Shown here: positions 24,901 to 51,100 of the stretch, piece by piece
Layout: every line of letters begins with the position of its first letter
Numbering within the stretch: position 1 is the stretch's first letter
From: Bugula neritina
Taxonomy: Eukaryota; Animalia; Bryozoa
Length of the DNA stretch: 64,000 nt
NCBI GenBank assembly: GCA_964035545.1
Contig: OZ037765.1
Span: 26,101,504-26,165,503, forward strand
Direction: 5' to 3'
Position numbers and translations under genes: made by a program
The notes under the pieces: model-generated
Told to the model about the DNA's origin: nothing
Databases searched by the model: none
What the model saw: the letters and a program-made list of their open reading frames with translations, nothing else

Positions 24901-27072
24901 TAATTCACAGTATTTACGTTTCAAAATAAATTTATAATCCGTTATATTGGATATATCAAGTTATGAATGTAAATGATATAACACATGTAGCTGTTTTTAA
25001 ATTAGTGGTGTTATCAATTTTCAAGTTTTTAAAAAAATCGGGGGGGGGGGGGGGGTCAGATATCTCATTTTTGAGTTACTTCTTCTTGATGTGTATTTAC
25101 TCGGAGACTCTGTTAGAATAGAAAATAATCAAGTATGGTGTGCTCATGTAATTGCTACACTTGCACAAGACAGCCATCATATTTTGTTTTGCCAAAAGGA
25201 GTTAGCAACTATTGTTCATGTTTGCTACTCAGCAGAGAATAGAAAACCAATTTCTAATGGTTTGAGTTCTAACATCAAGTCAATTTTCACTACGTATCTA
25301 TTAATTGAAAGTTAAGTTTGTCCTGCGTGCATCAGATGTGTGCATTTAGATATTTCATATTTCAGCTAAGAAATGTAAAGTTGAAAGGTGTAGAAGGAGA
25401 CGATCACGATGACGAAGAGATGGTTGGGGAAGAGTGGGAGAGTCTATTTGGTAGAACGTCCAATAAGGAGGCTGCAAGTGCTCGGGTTTTTCTTGACGAC
25501 TTTGGTACGCTACATTGGCCTATACTGTTGCTATATCCTGAGTATGGCCAAACTGATTTCATTACCCAGGCCAACGAAACTACAAGGTGTGTTACTGCGA
25601 TTGTTTCTATGATTTATTGTTTTTCTGAAAACTAAATGATAATGGGTTATAATTAATACATGTAAGTGTCAACTTTGATTTATATTTCTTAAGGCTGGTT
25701 GATCTGCTGTATCAAGTGTTTGGACCTGAAACTCCTGAGGCTGATTGGGATTTGGAGAAACTTTACAAACTGGAAAATCTAGAGGTAGTTCAAGACAATT
25801 ATTTAAGTTGTGATCTATAAATAAAAATCTAACTGATTTAGTTGAAAATATCAATTTATTTATAATACATTAGCCTACTTGAAATCTTTCTGTAATAACG
25901 TCGTTATTTAAGGTAAATTCTTTTGAATAGTTTTATACTTGGGTCATTTTACTTATGTTAGTACACACTGGATATCTTCAGTTTTTAGCTATTTTTCACA
26001 ATTTAACTGCTAATGGACATGGGTTTTTTGGCCAAAACTAGTAAAATATCAATAAATACACCTAAATAATCAAAGTTCTTTTTAATTTTGCTTCATTTCC
26101 CATGTTTTTTTCGTAACGTCGGCACTCCTAAAAAGCTAAATATATAAGAAAAAACATGGGAAATCAAGCAAAATTAAGAACCTTAATTATTTCCGTGTAT
26201 TTATTGGTGCTTTACTAGTTTTGGGCAAAAAGCCATGTTCATTACCAGTTAAATTGTGAAAAATAGCTAAAAACTAAAGATATCCAGTGTGTACTAAATT
26301 AAGTAAAATGATCCACTTTGAAATATATTTTTAGATTTATTTTGAGAACAAATTAGAGGAAACATTATATCAGGTTGATATTAATGCATCCATCCAAGCT
26401 GTCATCAGTCATCCCAAGTGAGTGTTTTATTGATAACTTAACTGATTAGTGTTCTAACCACTTTACATTCTTCAAACACATACATTGGAAATAGTGTATA
26501 AAAAAGTGAAATAATTTCAGCAAAGCTCGTTAAATTGCAGTTAAAAGAAACAGTTGCTAATTTTTAGTTATGATATATTATAATCTCTTGTCTGCAATTG
26601 TTTACATTATATTTTGAAAACTAAAAAGGTGTTGAGTGAACATGACTTCTACAACCATGTAGGCCTATTTTAGTTGTGTTTTTGGAACTTATTTAATAAT
26701 TTCATCGTATTCGCCATTTCAAAGTAAAATTCTGAATGTTTTAACGATGGTACTACATGTAGGTTTTATGGAAAATAGTATCTCTAGGATGCATCTATTA
26801 GTGTGTTAAAATGCTTAGTTGGTTTGCTAATAACAAGTTCTCACCTAAATTATTGTTAGTTTTTTTTATCTTGTGTTCGCTAGTGTTAACGCGCATCACT
26901 ACCTAACACATCATAATATGTTTATGCATTCCTTATATTTGAAAATCGTTAAACGTTAAAATTATATTTCAGGTACATAGTGTATGGAGGATTACCATCA
27001 CTGATTATTCTTGTCAAAGGTTCTGAATTTGCTAAAGATTTCTTGAAGAAATATTCTATATCTACAAATTAA
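21940..27072 (+). CDS. TTC4: Tetratricopeptide repeat protein 4 (Cns1/Dpit47-like Hsp70/Hsp90 co-chaperone)
   Basis: Ten in-phase exons (21940-22086, 22665-22776, 23047-23208, 23350-23427, 24166-24290, 24711-24797, 25366-25586, 25694-25784, 26335-26417, 26973-27072). Motifs EIENHPAFM, ATNYKEDGNRNFK..CYTNRAAAQFRLGNYRS (TPR) and GTLHWPILLLYPEYGQTDFI (Cns1/TTC4 C-terminal domain). Confidence 0.93.
25941..26314. mobile_element. Foldback / long-TIR MITE in a TTC4 intron
   Basis: Roughly 165-bp imperfect inverted arms (e.g. GTACACACTGGATATCTT.AGTTTTTAGCTATTTTTCACAATTTAACTG and its reverse complement) around a spacer of about 45 bp. ACTT is present on both sides as a possible 4-bp TSD. Confidence 0.75.
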
Positions 27073-28799
27073 GGTGATTTTGTAGACGGTAATTGTTACG
27101 ATGTTGCGGCTCATCAGTTTTGTATTGAGAAGAAATGATTTAAACTGAGTCATTTCAACTAACGAGTTTTACTAAACATAGTATGTTATAAAGCTGTGGT
27201 ATTTTAATATTCCTTTAAGGAGTTCATGAGTTTAGGAAGCAGTAAGCACTATAAACCTAACACTAAAGGGTTTGTGAATGTTGAAGTATACTTGGTTTCA
27301 TTCTCTAATGCATTGCTGAAAGTTTAGATAAAAGGAAATAGATTTTCTGTGTTCGTATTCTTAATACAATACCTCTATAATATAAACATAGTTTTGATAC
27401 TATGTAATTTTGTTGCAGAATTATCTGGCTGAACTCACCTATTAAAAGTTAAATGCCATGAGATCTCTTACTGATCAGACTTGCCTAAAGTCACCATTCA
27501 GACAAAAATATATAGTTTATAACTCTACTATATATTTTATTAAATGCATGTACGTTTACATTTAGGCTATTTATGTCTATGCTTGAGGCTTCTGTTGTAA
27601 AGCATTTTTAATAATGTGATTCCAGTGTTGGTGGCAGTAATTAATATTTATTGCCAAGAAGAATAGCTATACATTTACAATCTGTGCATTCTTATATTTG
27701 AAAATACTTTCACAGTTTAAAGTATGCTTTTTATAGCTATATGTGTTTTGTTTTAGTTTTGTATGTTTTTATTGACATTTAACACCATATTCTAATCACT
27801 TTGGAGTAAATAAATTTTAAATTATAAAAAGTGTCGGTTTAATTCATGAATGCAGGTTTTACTTTTAAAAAAAACTTCAACTTGAACTGCAAGTATATTT
27901 TGACAAATTAACAAATTAATCTACTTCAATGTAATTTTATTGTCCCTTTAATTACCTACAGTGTATTTGCAAACTTATATTTATGCCTAGCTAAACTGGC
28001 AGGGCAACCTGCTCACATCACCAGGGGAAACAACTTCTCCTGCAACAAAGTTCTAAAAATATAGAGGCATTATATAAAATGTCTTTCAATGGAATACTCT
28101 CTAATCTTGCTAATGCAAGGTGAGCTAATCACAAACGTATTTACTATGAGGCAGTAGTTTACAGCCTTGTAAGTTTTTACCAAACCTTCAAGCTCTGAGC
28201 GAGATTTACAACAAAAAATTATAGCCCAAGCTAAAAATAGTGATACAAGCAGCTTATTCTTTTGAATAGAATTATTGAATCAAGCCAATCAGCTATGGCT
28301 ATTGAATAACACTAGCTGTTGCTATTGATTAATGTACAGCTTTGCCTGGATGCAACAAAAGTTTGTACTTAGCATCAGCTGATCTGACTTTCTTAATTAC
28401 ATTATTTGCTTGTTTTATATTTATGAAACTCATTTTTTTTATAAACAACAATAAATAATGAAGTGGTAAGTCTTACTTATTATTTTATTTGATCAGTGTA
28501 TTTAGGGTGAAGTAAATTCAGTATCTAATTATAATTTCACACCTGTGTGTATGCAAGAAATTCTAAAAGTAGGTTTTGAGAATCAAAGTCAGCTTGAATA
28601 GCTGCTGAAGAACTGCTCTAGGCTTTTGCCTGGTGCAATTAACTTGACTGCAACTTGACTGATGGTCTATAGTCAGTTGCAGGGTAAAATCACTAGCTGT
28701 TATAAGATTTGGAGAGATTTTGCGTTTTTGAGTAAATTGGTTAACAATTTCCATTTAATAATGACATCTACTTTTTAACTTTTCAGTCATAGTGAATTA

Positions 28800-34692
<5,893 letters not shown>

Positions 34693-35936
34693 ATTTCTTA
34701 GCTGTTTTTCTGGCAATTTGGCAAATCCAGTAAAATAAACAGGTGTCTGTGTTTATATCTTGTAGTGTATACATGTACATGGTCTATTTCATAGTTTATA
34801 GCTACAATAAATTTGCATTGTATATCACAGGCTTTTTAGTTGATTTTGGAAAACAACCGATATTTGTAGTATTTCAGCTGTTCATAATGTAGATTTTCAA
34901 GACATTAGTATTACAAGATGTGCCATTTTCTTATTAATAACTAATAACTAAAATTTAGGTAAGAAGTTCAAACTCCAGTAAACTTAATAAACCAATTATA
35001 ACCTTAATTTATTATTTTGAAGTTTTATTGTTTGCAGTGATCTAAGTAATATTTATGCGTGTGATTGGCCCTTGAAATTGCAATAAATTTGAACTGAGAA
35101 TTAGATTCCAAATGAGCATAGTTTATATTTCATTAGAAAACTAGAAATTTTTTAAGCCTTTAAAGTTTTAAGCTAAGCAAATAGTGAATGAATTATTGTA
35201 GCAATACCAAATGTTCATAAACATATAGTTTACACTATTTTGCAAGTGTAATCTACATTTGGGCGTTTTGTGGTAAAATTTGCCTCTATACTTTGAGTAC
35301 CATAATTTAACTCGAAATAAATTTCCCAGCAAGGTAGCAAGGACCGCCTCTCTATTGAAATAGAGGGAAAAATTCCCATGATTATAAGCTGTTGGCTGGT
35401 AATTTGTTAGTATATTGCCAGAATTTATAAGCGCGTAGGGGTTTCCATATTAATATTAATATAATTATAATAAATTCAATCACCAATTGCAATAATAGTA
35501 TTGAAAGCAAGAAAATAATTTAACCTATATCACAAAACATTTAATGCAGTTATAGTTCAGCAACTTGGGACAACTTTCTATCACTATGCAAAGCTCTCAA
35601 TAACAAAATTCAGTTTACAATTCCTTAAAAAAAAACAAGCACCTATACTTCTTTTAAATACTTCAACCTGCATCGGAGTAACTTTGACTATAGCTTAAGT
35701 CTGTTGTCCCAAATGCATATATTTGTAATTAATTTAAAAATATATAATTCACCACAAAAATATGTTCATAATACGTAACAGTAAAACACAAATGCAATGT
35801 TATATGCCGTATGCAGCATTTATATAGATGTACATCATATAGCACTATTGATGATAAAATAAATATTGTATAATTATGTATCTTGAAGTGGCACCATTTA
35901 AAACAACAGCACAGTGTATGAATGTCTGTATAGTTA

Positions 35937-43699
<7,763 letters not shown>

Positions 43700-45186
43700 G
43701 GTGGAGGAGTACTGTCCCACTGTGAGTAATGACTGAAGCTCTTCTCTTAATGATATATATAATAGCTTGTAATGGGAGTGAAAAGTTATGAAGCAACAAG
43801 TTGACCACTTCTGATTTAAGTGTTATATCAGCTCTTAGGTAGGTGTTATCTACCTGTTCAAACAAACTTGAAGTTCATGCAGGAGCAAACATGTATTTCA
43901 TTGCTAAAAGCGTTGACAAAAGTAGGTAGCTAGAAATCCATTGCAAAAATTTCAATATGAATTATTAAGGCATATTTTTGCTTCTGGTTATCTAGATTAA
44001 ATTTGAAGTTGTTTAGTTTTTATATAATCAAAGTCTAATTTGGATAAATTAAGCCTGAAACATGAAAGTACACTGTTGCCTAAAAGGTCCCATATTTGAG
44101 GGTCAAAGTTTCATATCAACAACTGATCTTTTCTGAGTTTTTCTTTCTCCCTTTTTGAATTTTAATTAATTAAGATAAATTGTTTCAATAGTCAAGCAAT
44201 CAGAATACGAATACATATATGAAAGCTTGGCTCATGCTTATACCCATTCATGATGATTAGAGAAGTAGATAACATGCAAAGTTATAGAGGAAAGTAAACA
44301 ATGTTACTAGCTGCACAGATTTTATCTCAAAAGCTTATAAAGCCTGTTCTTACTGCACCTTTCCCCATAACAATCTTTCTATGCGATCGAAGCCTAACTT
44401 TTTGTATTAATTGGTTGTTAAATAAGAAATTTCAACAGATAAATACATGCCGCAAGACTTTAGGAAGTTCTATATGAAATGTGGTAAATTGTTAGGTTGA
44501 GCTGCATTTTTTCTTCTTACAAGTTGAGGGTGATTTTTACAAGAACTCACAAATTTATATAAACTTTTGTGGTGACTATTCATAAATGAGTTTTAGCCAA
44601 AATAAGAGGGTGTTGGCTGCCACACTGTGACTGATTGGTTAATTTATATAAATAATATCAACATGTAAACTTATTATAATATGATCATTTTATTGACATG
44701 TTGAATAAGCTATTGTCATGCAGACATCTCACCTCTACTATAACAACTTGGGTTGCTGCACATGATTTAAACTGTTGAATACATCAAACCATCAACTTAA
44801 AAATTCAAATACAGATTTCTTGTTTATAAGAAATCCAGTATCAGCCATATATTATTTTGCAGATTTATACAAGTTAGATGTAAAATAGAAGTTGTCTTCT
44901 CAGTAGATGAGCAAAACAACCATCAAACGATCATGTAAATAATTATACAATAAAAACTAACTAAAAACTGCAACATGAAGACGAAAAGTAGGAGTTACGC
45001 ATAAACCTGAAAAGTTGATAGCTTCTGCCAAATTGAAACGTGTATAAGTAAAAAAGATAATAAATCTATGTTATAAAAATGCATAATTGTAAAAATAAAA
45101 ACTATGTAAATGCTTAAGTTTTAGAATTTATTTATTAATACTTAAAGAAATGCCATGCTATTGTCATATTTTTAATAATTTGCCAT

Positions 45187-48100
45187 TCATAAGGTTCCAC
45201 AAGTTTCAGGATTCAAGGCACCAGGAATAGACAATAATCCTAAAATAAACAATTATAATTATTACAGCTCAAGGCAATATCTTTAACTTAACAATTCTTT
45301 TGTCATGTTTAGGCATTTTACTACATGTTTACGGTGAGTAAAAAACTGGTAACCCTCAGCAGCTTAAGAATGTTGCAATTATGATCTCCATATGCATAAA
45401 AATAGGCACATGAATTTCATTCTGTTTACTAAAAGTTTCAAAGAAGTAAGTTTTAATTTATACATCTTTTTCTAGAGAACACATTTGGCAAGAAAGTTAC
45501 CTGCTCTATGTATGACATTTTAGCACATACGGCTGAAATAAATAAAAAGATAACAATGTGTTCTTTTCTTGGGTGTCATACATTATATACATGATAAGAA
45601 AAATACAAACATGAACAATGTATAAATTTATATTATTCAATTTACATAAGATAAAATGCAGAAAATAACATACTTATAGCAGAGGTTCAGAAGCCTTACG
45701 GGAATAGTATGCTTCGAAAATTTGTATTGAAATGCTTCAAACCTACTTTTAGCAGAACATTTTATGTATATTTTTGCACCTCAGCTGCACAAAAGTGCAG
45801 GATAGTTTTATCAGTATGACTGTATTTATTACCTGCGATACAAGCCGTCATGAAACATGCCACATTGCCAGCTATCATGGCTCTCACAACTATGGCTGCA
45901 ACATCTTTCTTCCTTGATGGTGCCATTGCACCGAGACCTCCCAGCATAATACCAATACTGCCGAGGTTGGCAAAGCCACACAAGGCATACACTGCTATAG
46001 TCTCTCCCCGAGCCTGTCAAAATAATAATAAAGTTGAATCTTTTTATGGAAATTCGACTTTAATTGAAACCAAACTAAAATTCTGGTTTAAATTGTGATT
46101 TAGTATTATATAAGCAAGTTGCTATATTGAAGCTATTTGCGAAATATCCAAAGATAAAATATACATCACATATTATAAAGAAAAATTCTATAGAAAACAC
46201 AACTCCTAGACGCTGCATAATGCATATAAAATTAAAAAGTGGCACACAACAGAAACCGCAAAATGTCAACTTGCGAATCGTTAAATAATATTGTAAAAGT
46301 TAAAATATTCATCTTTTTAGTTACAGTTGAATTTAAAGAGAATCAAGTGCCATGATAGGAAGTATAAATAAACTTGCCGATATGATAGGAAAGCATTCGC
46401 TTTCTAAGGCAGAAACTGTGCTGTTTCCTAGGAAGAAACAGTTCTGTATGCTATTGTACAAAACTGTGTTATTGTCGATAGCTTCCCAACTTTGAACGAT
46501 CGCTCGATTTTTGATCAAGTTCGAAAGCCTTTCATAGGCCAGAAATTCATTAGCAAAAGTTTTAATTCCAATAAGCTCAGCCACCCTCTTACAATCTACT
46601 GCTGGGGTGCCCATGATCCACGCAAATGGCCAGAGCAGGTAGGAGCAAATGAGCTGTGAAAACATAAACACCAAGTCAAGCATAGATGACATGACAGACC
46701 CATTACTAATATAATATATTATTTGCTAAATGCCCAAAACACTGTAAGAAATGTTCAACTTGCTTCAAATGTTAACTCGGGCCTATGCGGTGCTTTCAGT
46801 CCAACTTGAGCACCAAACCACCTCAGGGTCTGATTAATGAACTCCAGTAGAGCAAGAAAGGCAATCAGATTGGCGGCAATGTTGGCCACTAGTTTGATTG
46901 ACGCAGATGCTCCAGAAGATGCTGCCTGAACCAAATTTATGTCTGGCCCTTTGCCTAAAACAAGAGGTTAACTTGCCAAGTATTGTACAATGTCAAAGCC
47001 TTTGCATTATTAGTTGTGTTGATGACAAAACAGAATGAGCATATAAAAACAGATACAGTTTTTCAATCATCTGTTATTTAGTATTTTATTGCTATTGATT
47101 GAGGAAATACCAAACAAATTGTATAAGTACTTGCAGAAAACTTTGTCATAATTGATTCAAAATGTGTCTCGGGAATTGCAATCATCATAAAAAATTCACA
47201 GCTTAAAATAAATTCTGCGACAAACATTAATGTATCTAGCTAATATCCTACCCATTTTAGCAACCTCTTTAGTAGTTGTCTTGGACTTTTTTGTTTCTGG
47301 ATAAAAAAGTTTTGACATGGCAAGTGCAGCAGGTGCTGACATGACTGAGGCAGAGAGCAGGTGGTTGGCAGGTACCTAAACACAGGATTATAGCTTTAAT
47401 AAAGTAAAAATAACACATTAGAAAAAGCTACGATTTCACTCAAAAAGAGAAGATAATTTCTAAGCTGTATATGCATTTCTCTTGGTATGATGTGAGCACA
47501 TAAGCCTGTTACCATAGTGAAGTCAACTAGCTTCAGTATAAATATATTTTAATCACTATAAAACACAATTGTATACCACATATTAGAATAAAACATACTA
47601 CTTATTGTAGTGAAACTATTTGATGTTGAAATATACAACTGCAACTATAATTATGTACTTACACCAAACAGTATGTATGTAGCCAAAACACTACCAGCAA
47701 TAGTAGCAAATCCTCCTGTCATCACTGCATGCAACTCAGACTTAGTCATGTCCATTAACAGAGGTTTAATCATCAACGGGGCCTCAGTCTAAATTAGAAA
47801 TAGAAATTTACTATACCCTGATTACTAAACAGGGAAAAGATATTTTTAAATTTAAAATTTGGCAGCTGCAGTTCACATCACTAACAATCAATCATTTCAC
47901 GACAAATAAGAGTTTTTGATAGAGATGTATGCCTTCACTCAAAGTTATTATAAAAACAGTTTTACTGCTGAAACTTTCATGTAAAAACTGAAAGAGTCCC
48001 TTTTGCTTTTTTTTCAACACACAATCAGGTTTATTTCAAAACAGATATAATGACCTATTTCACACCTCCATACATTCTAGCAGCTATAATAAGGTAGATA

Positions 48101-51100
48101 AGTACCTGGCCAACAAATATATTTCCAGCTGCACTCAGTGACTCACCAGCTGTAGTGCCCATTGTAACCTGCATCAGCCAGGCTACCTACAACAATGTAT
48201 CACACAATTATACTCTCTTCAGGTTTAACCTCAGGCGATTTGATAGGTAATATTTTTAAGCCAATCATGTTAGAATTAGAATAGGTAAAAGTAACAAGAA
48301 GCTGAAAATGAAAGGCGATTTCCAGCTTTAAAACGTAAACCAACAGGAAACTTGGCTCTCAAGTTACGCATGCTTTGAGCTTTGCTTAAACGCAAAACAA
48401 ATCCTTGCCTTATAAGGCTTGAGGCCTGGATATGTAAAAATTTAGTTCTTCTTAAATATACAGTAATAAGAGTGATTCGCAGTATGTCTTGACTTCAAAA
48501 TTAAATGTCCAGTTTTCATGCAACTACCGTAACACCAAATAAACGCACACAGTTGCAATCATTTTAATGCATACCTTCTGAATAACAATCTGCATGACTC
48601 CGAGATGATACAACATTCCTATCACAGTGCTGAAAAATATGACCACTGGCAAAACCTAAAACATATAGAGATCATGCATTACACTTCTGGTGTCAACATG
48701 AATTACTACCATATTTGATAATATTAGCTGCAGATGTTGAGAGCACTGTTACTTCCTCATATAGCGATTACAATGGATTGAAACAATCAAAATCTATTCA
48801 GCTGTAACTTGTAATTGAGTTGTACCTGTGTTTGAATATCACAATGTATAAAAGTACTAGTCTTTAGTTTTTAGCTTCAAAACTGCTAATCAATATTTAT
48901 TAATATAATACAGATAAATGATACACACCTTAAATGCAAAAAAGTGATCTGTGTATTTATCTCCGAAGACCATGATTGCTCCAGCGTCACTGTGTTTAAG
49001 GAACTCTTGAATTCTGTCGCCCATCCATTTGAAGACCAGATATCCAACGCATGTTCTTAAGATTAGATATGCAAAGATAAACTGTAGCAGTAGTCCGAGA
49101 ATGACTGGCCTCCAGTTCACCTGTCACAACAGCACAAAATTACAATAGGCTATATATAAAATATTTATTAACCAAACCAGTATGGAAATCAAATATACAT
49201 GAAACCTATACCGTTGGACAGCTGCCAAAAGAATGCAATATATACTGGACAGCAGATATTATATTTATTTACATTGTTTATTAAAAAGAGTCTTTTTACT
49301 AAAAAGCTGGCAGCTTCAATGTTTGGTTAACCGCAAATTAAATTTAGTCAATTAGCAGTTTCAATCAACCAGTGCCTAGTGGCAGAAAAAGAGGAGTTGT
49401 GGGATACCACCTCTAGACAAAACCTCTTTGAAAGTAATACGAGTTATACCTTCAAAGGAATGCAATAACATGTTTACAAACTGATGATATATTTTTTATA
49501 TTTGAAGCATCTGTTGAAGTAAGGATCAGAGCAGAGTGCAAGCTGATGACAACAGACAATGACATGTACACTCTCTACATAATACGATTACAAGGTGATC
49601 AAACCTTAGCCGGATGTTTGGAGAAGATATAAAATAAACCAATATAGACAGCCATTCCAATCAGTGATACCAGATTCTGTGGGGCATTCATACCAACATC
49701 CACTGCTAATACTATTACCAATGCAGCCAGTAATATGAATCCAATAACCCTAGAAAAACAACATTGCAAGTAAGCTCTACGTAATATTCATGTCATATAA
49801 ACAGTGACATGTGTTATATTTCAACTGACTGAATAGGAATTACAATAAACAAGCAAATCATTGAATGTATTGCTCAACACAAACACATTACTAAAATAAT
49901 AATACAAATATTATTACCATTGCAAGATATTCCAGTGCTTATTACAGAAAGTTGAAATGACTGAAACACAAGGTTTCAGGCAGCCTTTCCAGATTTGTCT
50001 GCCATAGTACTTTTTAATAACCCAGTAAATCACACAGAACGCAGCCAATACATTAATAGCAATGAGTCTTATAGCTGATTCATTGCTGGAGTCAAAACCA
50101 TATTGGAAGTTGTAATACATGGCACCAATAAAGTATGCGACCCATAGTGCCAGGAGAATAGCCCCTCCTACATATCCAACCAGAGAAGAATTTTCTTTGT
50201 ACCTGAAATTGTTTCATACATACAAGCTTATATTATTTATAATTTCACAATAGATCAAGTAAAAAAGGCGATTATAGTTACCTAAATTTTATAAATACCT
50301 GAAAATCAATGCTTCAACATTTAAGCAATTTTAGTTCACCTCTCGGTTACATGTAATCAATATAACATAACATGTATGTGAGTTGATCAATTCACCTTAT
50401 TCTAACTTGACCGATTTACATTGAAACATGCAAACTTGCACATTCTATAAGAGACAGGCTTGTCGTACCAGTTTGTCTTTACCAGATACTTATTGAGTCA
50501 AAAACACTAAATTGCAGTAATCTTTTGAAGCAGAATAGGTATACCAATATATTATTATTACCAGATATCAGAAAAGATATGAAAGGGCTTTCAGCATTTA
50601 CGAAAAAAATTAGTTCCTCAGTCAGAGGAGTATTCTTATATGAGTAGAGCTTCACAGTTCTTCCAACTGTTGTCAAAACTTATAGTACATAGAAATTTAC
50701 TTCTTGCTTTAACAATTGAGGAAAATAGCTTAAAACTGAGCCAAAACACTGATTTTGCATCTTGTGAAACTCTCAGCTTTATAGTTATATTTTTACTATT
50801 CACCAGCTGGATATAGCGTTGGTAGCACCACTAGCAGCTGCAGCACAGCAGCCTATATTCTCATCATCTGACATGTCAGAGTCACTCTCAAAGGAGTCGT
50901 TATCCTTCTTGGCCACAGGCGCAGGCACCCCATCAACTTCAACTGGTTTAAACTGAAAATTACTATTTCATTATTATGGCTGCAGACCATAAAATATCAT
51001 ATTATTACTATATGCACACAAATTGTACAACCCTAAACAATACAAAGCTTGGTAAAGTTAGTGGGAAGGCATGTTGCATGCCAAAGGTGTAATTTCAAGC

